64,000 bases of DNA from Candidatus Poribacteria bacterium (GTDB taxonomy: Bacteria; Poribacteria; WGA-4E; PCPOR2b): positions 1,216,001-1,280,000 of the forward strand of contig OZ244042.1 of NCBI GenBank assembly GCA_965215015.1, given 5' to 3'. The notes under the pieces were generated by a model. It ran no database searches. It was given only the letters and a program-made list of their open reading frames with translations, and was not told where the DNA came from. The first letter of the stretch is position 1, and each line of letters begins with the position of its first letter. Shown here in pieces: positions 8,393-19,282 of the stretch. The translations under genes and the position numbers were made by a program.

Positions 8393-10231
8393 TCAGAGTA
8401 TCTCCTTCACTTTTCGGACGATTGCCCCTGCACTGATACCGTGTGCTTCCAAAAGTTCATCCGCCTTACCGGACCTCGGCAGACCGTTGACAGCGAGTTT
8501 GTGAACCTTAATCCCCTTAGGGGCGACCGCATCTAAAACCGCGTCATTAAGCCCTCCCTCCGGATAGTGCTCTTCAACGGTTACTAGCGTGTTATTAGTA
8601 GCACCGGCTGCGTGAAGAACCGTCTCTGCATCAATCGGCTTGACAGAATAAAGATCGATGACACGGATGGGGATACCGTCCGCTTTCAACGTTTCATACG
8701 CCTTCAACGCCTCGTGAAGTGTGACGCCGGCTGCGATAACCGTTACCTGATCGCTATCGCTCGACCGGAGAACCTTGCTCCCCCCAATTGGGAACGCCTC
8801 GGCATTCGTATAGATTGTCGGCGTCGGCGGACGTGAGGTGCGAATATAGACGATGCCCTGATGTGCCGCAGCTTGCGCGACCAAACGCTCTGTGGCGACA
8901 GCGTCACTCGGATACAGCACAACCGATCCGGGAAGTGCCCGAAACATAGCCAAATCTTCAAGTCCCATCTGGGAAGGACCATCTTCACCGACCGAGACGC
9001 CGCAGTGTGAACCCACATACTTAATATTCGTCTGGGAAATCGCAGACATACGAATGTGATCGCAGGCGCGAGTGAAGAACGCCGCAAAGGTCGAAACAAA
9101 CGGAATCTTACCGCACTTTGCCAGCCCAATCCCCGCACCAACCAGATTCTGCTCGGCGATGAACATTTCAAAATACCGATCGCTATGTTTCTCCATAAAC
9201 TGCTCGGCGTAGGTGGAATTTTTAACATCGCCATCCACCGCCACGACCAGTGGATTCGCATCCCCCAATTTGACAAGTCCAGTACCGTAGCCGCTACGGG
9301 TTGCTGCTGCTTCACCGGGTTCATATTCAGGGGCTGCCATCTCCTTAATCTGTGGTTCAGCGGCAGCCGTTGCGAGGGTTGTTTCAATCTGAAAGCTCCC
9401 GTCTGTACTCAAAGAACCCAGTTCTTTCAGAGCGGCATCCAACGGCTCACCCTTGGGAAGGGCTTTACCATGCCAACCCGCCTTGTTCTCAAGGGAGGAT
9501 ACACCCTTGCCCTTAAAAGTTTTCGCCACAATCATCGTTGGGCGATCTGCTGTGGACTTCGCTTTATCCAGTGCGGATAGAATCTCGTCAAAATTGTGTC
9601 CGTCAATCCCGATTGCCTGCCAACCAAACGCCTCAAACCGCCGACAATAAGAATCAATATCAAACCCGTACATCGTCGGTTCACTCTGACCCATGCCATT
9701 CACGTCAACGATGCCGATCAGGTTGTTGAGCTTGTAGTGCGCCGCAAGCGCAACCGCTTCCCAAACGCTGCCTTCTGCGGCTTCGCCATCTCCCATCAGG
9801 ACGTAAACATGATAATCTAATTGATCCAGATATTTGCCATTGAGTGCCATCCCAACCCCGATTGACAGTCCCTGTCCGAGCGATCCGGTGGCGACATTGA
9901 CCCACTCTAAGCGCGGCGTCGGATGCCCCTCAAGGTCGCTGTCAATTCGGCGGAGCGTTAGCTGATCCTCGACGGGGATGATTCCCACCTCCGCCCATGC
10001 GGCGTAAAGTACCGGCGCAGCGTGTCCTTTAGATAAGATGAAGCGATCATTGTTAGGGTTGTGTGCATCTGTGGGGTCATACCGCATCGTACGAAAAAAG
10101 AGAGCAGAGATAATATCCGCAGCGGACAGACACGTTGTCGGATGCCCGGACCCCGCTTCGGATGTCGATACAATCGAGTGGATGCGTAAGTTGTTGGCTT
10201 TCTGTTTCAGAACATCTGTAGAAGTTGCCAT
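8393..10231 (-). CDS. tkt: Transketolase (short, ~610-aa type)
   Basis: SGHPT, DRFILSKGHAAP, ATGSLGQG, GDGE TPP motif, EDGPSQM. Confidence 0.95.
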   Translation of the reverse strand: MATSTDVLKQKANNLRIHSIVSTSEAGSGHPTTCLSAADIISALFFRTMRYDPTDAHNPNNDRFILSKGHAAPVLYAAWAEVGIIPVEDQLTLRRIDSDLEGHPTPRLEWVNVATGSLGQGLSIGVGMALNGKYLDQLDYHVYVLMGDGEAAEGSVWEAVALAAHYKLNNLIGIVDVNGMGQSEPTMYGFDIDSYCRRFEAFGWQAIGIDGHNFDEILSALDKAKSTADRPTMIVAKTFKGKGVSSLENKAGWHGKALPKGEPLDAALKELGSLSTDGSFQIETTLATAAAEPQIKEMAAPEYEPGEAAATRSGYGTGLVKLGDANPLVVAVDGDVKNSTYAEQFMEKHSDRYFEMFIAEQNLVGAGIGLAKCGKIPFVSTFAAFFTRACDHIRMSAISQTNIKYVGSHCGVSVGEDGPSQMGLEDLAMFRALPGSVVLYPSDAVATERLVAQAAAHQGIVYIRTSRPPTPTIYTNAEAFPIGGSKVLRSSDSDQVTVIAAGVTLHEALKAYETLKADGIPIRVIDLYSVKPIDAETVLHAAGATNNTLVTVEEHYPEGGLNDAVLDAVAPKGIKVHKLAVNGLPRSGKADELLEAHGISAGAIVRKVKEIL

Positions 10232-10327
10232 GGTACTCGTAATTCCTTTCTCATCAAAGACCTCCTTGGCTACGGAAACCCACGCCTTCAGGTGGGGGAT
10301 GGAACACTGCTACGGAGATTAGACACA

Positions 10328-11389
10328 TCACCCCATTGCCCGATTCAAAAGGGATTTCACCAAATCCACCAATGTTTCCGCAGCATACAGCACAGCCTCA
10401 CGACTCGCATCATGATTTGCCACCATTCGGACAGTCATCGGTCCGTAAACAGAAACCTTAATATTGTGCTGCAGGGCACGGTCTGCAAAGTCCGCTGCGG
10501 AAATTCCCAACGGCTTCGTATTCACAAAAACCATATTGGAATCCACCTTCTCTGGATGCAGGGCTAATTCGTCAAACTGCGACAACGCTTTAGCGAGCAA
10601 TTTAGCGTTGGCATGATCCTCGCCGAGTCGATCCGACATCTCCGTCAGCGCGACAATCCCGGCCGCAGCAAGCACCCCCGACTGACGCATTGCACCGCCG
10701 AGTCGTTTCCGAGCGCGGCGGGCCTCTTGAATAAAGTCCGCATCCCCAGCGAGCATCGATCCTACTGGAGCGCATAATCCCTTCGAGAGACAGAACATGA
10801 CAGAATCAACGCGGCTTGCGACTGCCCGCACATCAACGCCCAGGGCATGTGCAGCGTTGAAAATCCGGGCACCGTCCAAATGAACCGGCACCCCATATCG
10901 CTGCGCCAGCTCATGAACCGCCCCCATCCGATCCAACGGAATAGCGCGGCCGCCGCGACGGTTGTGCGTGTTCTCCAAACAGATCAGACTCACTTTTGGA
11001 AATTTGGCGGGATCGCGTTGTAGGTAAGCCTCAATCTCATCCAGTGCAGGCACACCATCCGCGCTGTTCATAACAATCGGCATGATTCCCGCTAATGAGG
11101 ACAGATTTCCGTGTTCATAGTAGTAAATATGGCACTCGGCATCCATAATTGCATAATCACCAGCGTGGGTATGGGTCAAAATCGCTGCCGTATTCCCCAT
11201 CGTCCCTGTGGGAACGTACATCGCTGCCGCTTTGCCGATCTTTTCAGCCGCCAACGCTTCCAAACGATGAATCGTTGGATCCTCCCCGTAGCAATCGTCT
11301 CCTACCTCTGCATCCATCATCGCTTCGCGCATCCTAGCGGTCGGTTTCGTTACGGTATCACTTCGCAGATCAATAATTTTCTCCATCAT
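10328..11389 (-). CDS. ltaE: Low-specificity L-threonine aldolase
   Basis: IDLRSDTVTKPT, GTMGN, LENTHN, HLDGARIFNA, CLSKGL PLP lysine. Confidence 0.93.
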   Translation of the reverse strand: MMEKIIDLRSDTVTKPTARMREAMMDAEVGDDCYGEDPTIHRLEALAAEKIGKAAAMYVPTGTMGNTAAILTHTHAGDYAIMDAECHIYYYEHGNLSSLAGIMPIVMNSADGVPALDEIEAYLQRDPAKFPKVSLICLENTHNRRGGRAIPLDRMGAVHELAQRYGVPVHLDGARIFNAAHALGVDVRAVASRVDSVMFCLSKGLCAPVGSMLAGDADFIQEARRARKRLGGAMRQSGVLAAAGIVALTEMSDRLGEDHANAKLLAKALSQFDELALHPEKVDSNMVFVNTKPLGISAADFADRALQHNIKVSVYGPMTVRMVANHDASREAVLYAAETLVDLVKSLLNRAMG

Positions 11390-11913
11390 GCGGACTCACT
11401 TTCTTTATGAAGTTCCAACGAGTCGATTCGCCGTCGTGCCGCTGGTGCAAGGTAGTGCCGCTTAAAGCGTCTTGATAACTGCCCAAACGCTTTAACGGCT
11501 TGATCGATTTGGTTCAATTTGACATAAGCCTCCCCAATCCAATACATAGATTTGGCAATAATCTCATTCGTCGATAGTTTCGGCTTAGCTGAATCTTCCG
11601 CCGAATCTGGGGGATTCGGGGGCTGCAATTTTTCATACTCAATCGCGGCTTGAAATTCTGCGATGGCTTCCTCATAGTTTCGATCCTCATAATATGCCTT
11701 GTTAGCCTGATAAAAACTCATATTGTCGCCATGTAGGAACTCCAAATCTGCCCCAAGGGATGCTAATAAGGAAGAGTGATCCTCCTCCATTTCTGCTATA
11801 TCATCCTGTGTAACCTCATCATCTGAGGAAAAGTCATCCTCTGCTTCCACTGTCGTCTCTTCCACTTCTTCTGTATCATCCTGTGTAACCTCATCTTCGG
11901 GTGTCTCAACCAT
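11386..11913 (-). CDS. Acidic N-terminus + TPR protein (YbgF/CpoB-like C-terminus)
   Basis: Very D/E-rich N-terminus with duplicated DEVTQDD; TPR motifs YEEAIAEFQ and YWIGEAY. Confidence 0.7.
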   Translation of the reverse strand: MVETPEDEVTQDDTEEVEETTVEAEDDFSSDDEVTQDDIAEMEEDHSSLLASLGADLEFLHGDNMSFYQANKAYYEDRNYEEAIAEFQAAIEYEKLQPPNPPDSAEDSAKPKLSTNEIIAKSMYWIGEAYVKLNQIDQAVKAFGQLSRRFKRHYLAPAARRRIDSLELHKESESA

Positions 11914-12329
11914 ATTAAATCTCCTTCGGATATAGTGTATCCACTTAGAAAAATGGGTGGCTTCGCATCATTTCTTATCTTGGCACGAACGTATAGAAAA
12001 ATAGGCTCAAGAAAATTCCTTAATAAATGAACCGGCAATTGATTATAGTATACCAAATAATTAGGCTTTATGGCAAGAACCGCCAGGCAGAAAAAATCGA
12101 CAGATTACTCCATGGCAATGAGAGGCTGCCCCCTAGGAAAGTCGATTGGCACCTCGGCATTTACCTTTACCTCTCACCCCACCTCTGGTATAATTATCAA
12201 AATTCCCTATCTGTTCCGAGAGTTTTCAACCTACACAAATACGGTAGGGGGCATACCCTCCGAATCACGACTCTCTGACCCAATGAACCAAACTTCTTAC
12301 GCATTACATATTACGCATTATTCTCGTCC

Positions 12330-15300
12330 ATGAACACTCAAAACCTACCCAGTGCTGTCAAAAATCAATCACTCTTCTCAAACTACTACCTCGACTCCCT
12401 CATCGTTGGACAACCGCAGTGGGCGGATACGCCCAACATCGCCTCCGATTACGCCGCAATCAAAGCACGCTTCGACGCTGTCGCACCGAATGCCGAATAC
12501 CTCAACGAGGCACAAACCGAACACGAATTCATCCAACCACTACTAGAGCAGCTCGGGCACGTTTTCGAGGTGCAGCCGACACTCCAAACATCACAGGGAA
12601 CCAAAGTTCCCGATTACGCTTTCTTTCTATCAAACGATGCTCACGATACGGCGCAACCTCGCATCAACACCAACCAATTCTTCAAAACCGCCTTCGCTGT
12701 CGGCGACGCCAAAGCGTGGTCACGCAACCTAGATAGAAAGACGCAGGACGGAGGCGACCCGTTTAATAATCAAAATCCAAACTACCAGATTGATTTCTAT
12801 CTGCGAGGCGCGGATAAAGACTGGGGCATCTTGACCAACGGTAGGCAGTGGCGACTTTACCACCGTCAGACCAGTTATCGACTCGATAGTTTCTATGAGG
12901 TAGACCTCGCCGCACTTCTCTCCGAAAACGGAGACTTAGATTCCTTCTGCTACTTCTACTGCCTTTTCCGTCGTGAAGCCTTCACGCTGGGGGGTGATGG
13001 GAAATCGTTCCTTGATACGGTGCTGGAAGGGAGCCAACAGCACACCGTCGGCGTTTCTGACGACCTGAAAAACCGTGTCTACGATGCCCTACGCCGGCTC
13101 ATCGACGGCTTCCTCGATTTCCCACGCAACCGTTTCGACAGAGCCAACCCGCCGCTCGACGAGATCCACACCAACTCCCTGATCTTGCTGTACCGTGTTC
13201 TGTTTATCCTCTACGCTGAAAGTCGGGGATTGCTGCCCGTCGAAAATCCGGGCTACGCCGCCCGTTACAGCCTCGCAGCACTTGCGGAGACTGTCCACGA
13301 AACGTTGGATCGGGGCGATCTAATCATCCCGACAATCAGCGATTATTGGGCGCGGCTGCGCGGGCTATTTACGCTCATCAACGACGGTTGGGATGACCTC
13401 ATCCCCCAATACAACGGTGGACTTTTCAATCCAGCGTACCACCTATTTCTGGAGGAAAACGAGCTCGGCAACAAGGCACTGACACAGGTTATCGAACTCC
13501 TGACACGGACAGAGCACGGCGAGCGCATCGCCTACCGTGACCTTGACGTGCGCCATCTCGGAAACATTTACGAAGGGTTGCTCGAATATCAGCCCCAAAT
13601 CGCTTTTGAAGATTTGGTCATCGTTTCAAAGAAGGGAAATGAAACGGTCGCGCCAAAATCCTCCCCCAAGCAGGAGGTTGCCTATCGAGAAGGAGAAGTC
13701 TACCTGCTGACCGATAAAGGCGACCGGAAGGCGACCGGGAGCTACTACACCCCCGATTACATCGTCCGCTACATCGTCGAAAATACCCTCGCGCCACTCT
13801 GTGAGGGCAAAACCGTTGACGAAATCCTATCGCTCAAAATCCTCGATCCCGCCACCGGGAGCGGCCATTTCCTCGTCGGTGTTGTCGACTATCTCGCCGA
13901 AGAACTGATTACACACCCGGACGCTCCACACATGACCGAAACAGCGAGCGAAGAGACAGAGCTCGCCTATTGGCGGCGGCGCATTGTCGAGTCCTGCGTT
14001 TACGGCGTTGACCTCAACCCGATGGCGGTAGAGTTGGCGAAACTCTCCCTCTGGCTCCACACAGTGGCAAAGGGAGACCCCCTCTCATTTCTCGATCATC
14101 ACATCCGTTGCGGCAATTCCCTGATCGGCGCGAGGATTGAGAACCTATCGCACCTGCCAGAGCTGAAGAAAAGCCGCCGCGAAACGAGCGAAACCCAGAC
14201 AGAATTTCAGATGGCATTCCCCTTCACCGACAGGGTTGCCACGGCCATCGGACACTACCTGCTGATCGAGGAGACCGAGAGTCACACCGCAGACCAGATC
14301 CACGCGAAGGAACACGAATTCGACATCGCCCAACAAATGCTCTGTTTTCACAAAGGTGTGGCGGACCTCTGGACAAGCGTTTACTTCGGAAACGATGTGT
14401 CCCGGTCCACCTACCAACAAGCCTTAAGTACCCTCCGCTCTCAAAACACTGATACCCTTGAAGACCTGCACTCCTATCGTCGGGCGCAGGAGATCGCGAC
14501 GGAGAAGCGGTTCTTCCATTGGGAGATGGAGTTCCCCGAAGTCTTCCGTGACAAGTACGGACGGGAAAAGGACAATCCGGGGTTTGACGCGGTAATAGGG
14601 AATCCGCCATATATTCGCGAATCAGGTAATAAACCCTTGTTTGAGTTCATTCAGAAAGCAGAATCATTTCGCTTACATTATCAAGGTAAGACAGATATTT
14701 ACTTTTATTTTATTATGCAGGGAATCTGGCTGCTAAAATCTAACCAGCTGCTAGGATACATCGTGCCCGCAAATTGGCTAGAGGCAGTATCCAGTCAAAA
14801 ACTCCGTATTTTTCTTCAAAGTGAAGCGAAAGTAAGAAATATCGTAGTTTTTGATGGCTTACCTGTATTTGAAGATGTTAGCGTAGAACCCCTCGTTATG
14901 TTCGCGGAACAGCAGGGGATAGGGCACAAATTGATGTATCAACATCGGACAAACAGACATCAAAAGGCACAAGAGGTGTTGCAAAAAAAAGAAATCATAT
15001 CAGTTCCCAATGATATAATCCATGAGGAAGGTTGGTACTTAAAAAGTTTGCAAGTATTAGGATTAAATTCCATTTGTCAGAAAGTTGAGAGCGAAAGTGT
15101 ACCACTCGGAATGCTGTTTCATGTTGAAGCTGGAATTAACACCGGGGCAGATGCGGTTTCTTCACGGTCGCAAAAATACTGGCCTGATGATGCCAAAACC
15201 GGTGAAGGCATCTTTGTTGTCAATAGAAAGGAAATTAATCGGCTATCTCTTTCACCATCTGAAGCAAAATGTATAAAAAAATACATCCCAGCAGAATGGG

Positions 15301-16301
15301 TTGATCGATATTTTCAGATTGATCGCGATGATCTCTTTTTGATATATCTACAAAGAGATACTGATATATCATCTCTACCAAATATCAAGGTACATTTAAA
15401 TCGGTTTAGGAACATCCTCGAAAATAGAGCTGAAGTTAAACGGAACTCCAAGCGAGAATGGTGGCATCTACTATGGCCGCGAGATCCAAAGGTATATGAT
15501 GCACCTAAAAAGATCGTTATCGCAACTACAACAGCACATAACTCGTTTTATTTAGACAGCAAACAGACTTACTACAATATCGGCTGCACAATCCTTTCTC
15601 CTGCTTTAAATATTGTAATCAATCCTTCATATATACTAGCAGTTTTGAACTCAAAGCTTTTAGATCTTTATTACGGTATTAAAGGTCAAACGCAAGCTAG
15701 AAATCAACGGAAGTATCTCCCAGACAAAGTTCGGAAGATACCCATCCGCCGCATCAACTTCACCACCCCCCCCTACGAGCGCGACCGTCAACTTAAAAAA
15801 GCCAAAATCCTCTACCAACTCTGCCTCAACAAAGGGAGTGTAGACTGTGTTCTTGGCTTCGTGCAGCACCACCTCACTGCCGATCCAGAGCGTGCCGACA
15901 TCGTCCATGACCTGCTCGCCTTCCAGGCGGAGCAGATGGTTGAGATGAACAAAACGAAAGGGGAGGAGATTCGTGGATTTCTGCACTATCTGGAACGGGA
16001 AATCGGGGTCGAAATTGATGCACTCAAAAACAAGACCACGATTCAGGCTTACTTCGATCTATCATTTGACCGGCTGCTCGATATCCTGAAAAAAAACCAT
16101 CGATCCATCCCCGTTGACCTATCAAGCCGAAACCTCCAAGAATCGTTAAAGCGCGAGTTTACAGCTAGCTGCACCAAACTCAACCCCTTACTCACCCGCA
16201 TTCAGAAGACCGACGCACTAATTGATCAGGTAGTCTATCAGCTCTACGGCTTAACCGACGAGGAGATCACCGTCGTAGAAGGCAAAGTTTTTCCCTCGTA
16301 G
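12330..16301 (+). CDS. Type IIG restriction-modification enzyme (Eco57I-like fused endonuclease / N6-adenine methyltransferase / TRD)
   Basis: PD...DAK nuclease motif, WGILTNGRQWRLY, GSYYTP, ILDPATGSGHF (motif I), FDAVIGNPPY (motif IV), C-terminal IDQVVYQLYGLT. Confidence 0.93.
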   Translation: MNTQNLPSAVKNQSLFSNYYLDSLIVGQPQWADTPNIASDYAAIKARFDAVAPNAEYLNEAQTEHEFIQPLLEQLGHVFEVQPTLQTSQGTKVPDYAFFLSNDAHDTAQPRINTNQFFKTAFAVGDAKAWSRNLDRKTQDGGDPFNNQNPNYQIDFYLRGADKDWGILTNGRQWRLYHRQTSYRLDSFYEVDLAALLSENGDLDSFCYFYCLFRREAFTLGGDGKSFLDTVLEGSQQHTVGVSDDLKNRVYDALRRLIDGFLDFPRNRFDRANPPLDEIHTNSLILLYRVLFILYAESRGLLPVENPGYAARYSLAALAETVHETLDRGDLIIPTISDYWARLRGLFTLINDGWDDLIPQYNGGLFNPAYHLFLEENELGNKALTQVIELLTRTEHGERIAYRDLDVRHLGNIYEGLLEYQPQIAFEDLVIVSKKGNETVAPKSSPKQEVAYREGEVYLLTDKGDRKATGSYYTPDYIVRYIVENTLAPLCEGKTVDEILSLKILDPATGSGHFLVGVVDYLAEELITHPDAPHMTETASEETELAYWRRRIVESCVYGVDLNPMAVELAKLSLWLHTVAKGDPLSFLDHHIRCGNSLIGARIENLSHLPELKKSRRETSETQTEFQMAFPFTDRVATAIGHYLLIEETESHTADQIHAKEHEFDIAQQMLCFHKGVADLWTSVYFGNDVSRSTYQQALSTLRSQNTDTLEDLHSYRRAQEIATEKRFFHWEMEFPEVFRDKYGREKDNPGFDAVIGNPPYIRESGNKPLFEFIQKAESFRLHYQGKTDIYFYFIMQGIWLLKSNQLLGYIVPANWLEAVSSQKLRIFLQSEAKVRNIVVFDGLPVFEDVSVEPLVMFAEQQGIGHKLMYQHRTNRHQKAQEVLQKKEIISVPNDIIHEEGWYLKSLQVLGLNSICQKVESESVPLGMLFHVEAGINTGADAVSSRSQKYWPDDAKTGEGIFVVNRKEINRLSLSPSEAKCIKKYIPAEWVDRYFQIDRDDLFLIYLQRDTDISSLPNIKVHLNRFRNILENRAEVKRNSKREWWHLLWPRDPKVYDAPKKIVIATTTAHNSFYLDSKQTYYNIGCTILSPALNIVINPSYILAVLNSKLLDLYYGIKGQTQARNQRKYLPDKVRKIPIRRINFTTPPYERDRQLKKAKILYQLCLNKGSVDCVLGFVQHHLTADPERADIVHDLLAFQAEQMVEMNKTKGEEIRGFLHYLEREIGVEIDALKNKTTIQAYFDLSFDRLLDILKKNHRSIPVDLSSRNLQESLKREFTASCTKLNPLLTRIQKTDALIDQVVYQLYGLTDEEITVVEGKVFPS

Positions 16302-16414
16302 TCACAGGTTTCCCGACCTGTGATCGGATTGGTTTTCACTACGTTCCACTGCCACCCGTAGGTCGAGATTCACATCTCGACACCGATTTAAACGCACCGA
16401 GACGAAAGGACACA

Positions 16415-17815
16415 GTGAAGAATCAGAAAGCGGACGTAAACAAAGCAAAACTACTACACGGCCCGGTGGGAAAGACACTCATCTCACTAGCGGTCCCGAT
16501 GGCATTCGGAATTGTGGCGATTATTCTATTCACTGTCGTCGATACCTTTTACATCGGGCGATTGGGAACAGAACCGTTGGCGGCGATGGGGTTTACCTTT
16601 CCCATCAGTTACATTGTCATGAGCATCGCAATGGGGCTAAGCGTTGGTACTTCCTCAACCATTGCCAGAGCGATTGGAGAAGGGCATCAACTAAGAGTAC
16701 AACGCCTCGCGACCGATGGATTGGGGCTAGCCTTCCTCATCGTGACTTGCTTCTCCCTCATCGGGTTGACAACCCTAAACACCATCTTCTCCCTGATCGG
16801 AGCGAAAGGGGAGATACTCAAACTCATTTCCGACTACATGATCCCTTGGTGTTTGGGTGTGGGGTTGCTCGTCATTCCGATGGTCGGCAACGGTGCCATC
16901 CGTGCTACAGGGGACACCAAAACGCCCGCAACGATTATGATTATTGCCGGACTGGTGAACATCATTTTAGATCCATTTCTGATTTTCGGCATCGGGCCGT
17001 TTCCGCGATGGGAGTTGCGAGGCGCAGCGGTGGCAACCGTGACTTCTTGGGCGATGGCATTCATCGCATCGTTGTGGATTTTGGGGAAGCGTGAGCGGAT
17101 GATCCGACTGCCGGTGTTCGATCCAAAACATACCTTTGATTCATGGAAACGAATCCTGTTCATCGGTGTTCCGGCGGCGGGGACAAATATGATGGAACCG
17201 CTGTCAATGGCGGTGATTACCCGAATGATCTCCGAATATGGAGAGGAAGCGGTCGCCGCGTTTGGTGTGGGAGGGCGGTTAGAAGCACTGTCACTGATTG
17301 GGATTTGGGCGTTGTCTACCGCAATAACCCCCTTTGTCGGTCAGAATTTTGGCGCGGGCAATTACGACCGGATTCGAGCGACGCTACGGTTTGGCGTGAA
17401 ATTCTCGTTGGTCTGGGGAGGTGTTATATTCACAGGTCTCTACCTCCTCTCCGGTAGCATCGCACCAATTTTTAACGATAACCAAGCGGTGATTGCTTCC
17501 GTCATTCTCTTCTTACAAATTATCCCAATCAGCTATGCGATGTATGGAATCTCTGCGCTGGCCAATTCAATGTTTAACGCCTTGGGCAAGCCGTTGCAAG
17601 CATCGTTGGTCATCACACTACATCTCTTCGTTTTCGTCCTACCGTTGGCTTATCTGGGGTCAAAGGTATACGGATTGAAGGGAATCTTTGTCGGTATCGC
17701 CCTTGGGAATGCAGTGGTCGGGATCATCGCCTATCTGATGGTGCAGAAATTCCTTGCTCGCGTTGAGACAGAGCGCGAATCAGAGGTTACTGATGCGGTC
17801 GAGTCGGTCCAATGA
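16415..17815 (+). CDS. MATE family efflux transporter
   Basis: VDTFYIGRLG, RATGDTKTP, NIILDP, GQNFGA; about 12 hydrophobic segments. Confidence 0.93.
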   Translation: MKNQKADVNKAKLLHGPVGKTLISLAVPMAFGIVAIILFTVVDTFYIGRLGTEPLAAMGFTFPISYIVMSIAMGLSVGTSSTIARAIGEGHQLRVQRLATDGLGLAFLIVTCFSLIGLTTLNTIFSLIGAKGEILKLISDYMIPWCLGVGLLVIPMVGNGAIRATGDTKTPATIMIIAGLVNIILDPFLIFGIGPFPRWELRGAAVATVTSWAMAFIASLWILGKRERMIRLPVFDPKHTFDSWKRILFIGVPAAGTNMMEPLSMAVITRMISEYGEEAVAAFGVGGRLEALSLIGIWALSTAITPFVGQNFGAGNYDRIRATLRFGVKFSLVWGGVIFTGLYLLSGSIAPIFNDNQAVIASVILFLQIIPISYAMYGISALANSMFNALGKPLQASLVITLHLFVFVLPLAYLGSKVYGLKGIFVGIALGNAVVGIIAYLMVQKFLARVETERESEVTDAVESVQ

Positions 17816-17914
17816 ACCAATGCCCCAAATACAATTCGTAGGGAACAACGACTGTTGTTCCGTTCCTTCTTACGCATTACATATCACGCATTATTCTTAG
17901 GAGGTTAACCAAAC

Positions 17915-18658
17915 ATGCCAGAAAAAAGCACAGCGTTCGCCGTGATTGGCGATCGCTACCACAATTCAGACTACATTCGGACCGCACTAGGCAAAACCCT
18001 AGTGCAGGACCTTGGACTCACCATCGACTTCACCGACGACGTGAAACTGCTTAACACAGAAACATTGCACGGCTACAAAATGCTGATTACCTTTCGAGAT
18101 GGCATGATCTGGCCCCAAGGCTACGGTGCGGCGGGATCGCTGCCGCCAAACGTGAGTGAACCACCAGTCCCAGAAGTTGAGGCGACTGCCACAGATTGGA
18201 TCACCGAGGCACAAGCGCAGGCGGTCAAAGATTTCGTCGAAGACGGCGGCGTTGCGCTATTTTATCATAACTCGACCTACATCGCTAGAGGCAATGCAAC
18301 CTTCCGCGCAGTCCTAGGGGCAGCGACCGAAGGACATCCACCGGTTCGACCGTTCAAAGTCACACTCACTGATCCGGACCACCCCATCACTCAAGGTGCT
18401 ACCGATTTCATTGTAACCGACGAACAGCACTTCATGACCTACGACGGCGATTCAGCGCACGTTTTCATGCGGAGCGTCAACGAAGATGGGCTCACACACA
18501 ACGAGCTCGGCACCTCCTGTGAGGCGGGGTGGGCATACGGCTACGGGAAGGGGCGAATCTGCTATCTTGCACCGGGCCATACCGTTGCTGCACTATGGAA
18601 TCCGGCATACGAGAAGATTCAGCAAAACGCCGTTCGATGGTTATTGAGGGAGATCTAA
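17915..18658 (+). CDS. ThuA-like (class I glutamine amidotransferase fold) protein
   Basis: HPITQG, DEQH, YGKGRICYLAPGH, NAVRW motifs; AGGAGG RBS. Confidence 0.85.
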   Translation: MPEKSTAFAVIGDRYHNSDYIRTALGKTLVQDLGLTIDFTDDVKLLNTETLHGYKMLITFRDGMIWPQGYGAAGSLPPNVSEPPVPEVEATATDWITEAQAQAVKDFVEDGGVALFYHNSTYIARGNATFRAVLGAATEGHPPVRPFKVTLTDPDHPITQGATDFIVTDEQHFMTYDGDSAHVFMRSVNEDGLTHNELGTSCEAGWAYGYGKGRICYLAPGHTVAALWNPAYEKIQQNAVRWLLREI

Positions 18659-18748
18659 ATAGCTCGAGTTGCTGGGGCGTGTTCAGATTTATGTGAGGCG
18701 TGCCCGTGTCGCAGGGTCGAGGGCTCCTCGCCCATGTTGTACTCTCGT

Positions 18749-19282
18749 TTATGCTATTACCTTTTGGATACAGCAAATCTCACGCAGGTTCCGGTACTTC
18801 TGCGCGTAATCCAAACCGTATCCAACGACAAAGGTATCTGTAATCTCAAAACCGACATAATCGATCGGTGTTGGCACTATTCTTTGTGCCGGTTTGTCTA
18901 AGAGGCTACACACTTTCACACTTGCAGGTTCCAACGCCTCGATCTCCGTCATGAGAAAGCTCAAGGTTTGTCCTGTCTCAACGATATCCTCCACAACCAC
19001 CACGTCCGCGTTGTAAAGGTTACCGTTTAATCCCTGAACTACCTGAACATGCCCCGACGACTCCGTTCTATCGTCATAACTTGCAAGTTGGATAAACTCG
19101 CAACGCACAGGGGTCGAGAGCGTACGGAACAAATCTGCGAAGAATAGGACTGCACCCTTAAGAACGCAGACCAGCACCGGCTCACAATTGGAGTAATCTT
19201 TGGAAATCTGTTGACCCAATTCCCGGACACGTCTTTGAATCGCTGCTTCAGAGATTAGAGTGGATTCAATTTCGATTTTCAT
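18749..19282 (-). CDS. hpt: Hypoxanthine phosphoribosyltransferase
   Basis: VCVLKGA, VVEDIVETGQT, FVVGYGLDYAQKYRNL; overlaps the end of tilS. Confidence 0.95.
   Translation of the reverse strand: MKIEIESTLISEAAIQRRVRELGQQISKDYSNCEPVLVCVLKGAVLFFADLFRTLSTPVRCEFIQLASYDDRTESSGHVQVVQGLNGNLYNADVVVVEDIVETGQTLSFLMTEIEALEPASVKVCSLLDKPAQRIVPTPIDYVGFEITDTFVVGYGLDYAQKYRNLREICCIQKVIA

Noticed and set aside
10276-10310. AACCCACGCCTTCAGGTGGGGGATGG hairpin between ltaE and tkt
   Set aside because: It resembles a lone IS605-type end, but there is no partner end or cargo; too short to call an element.
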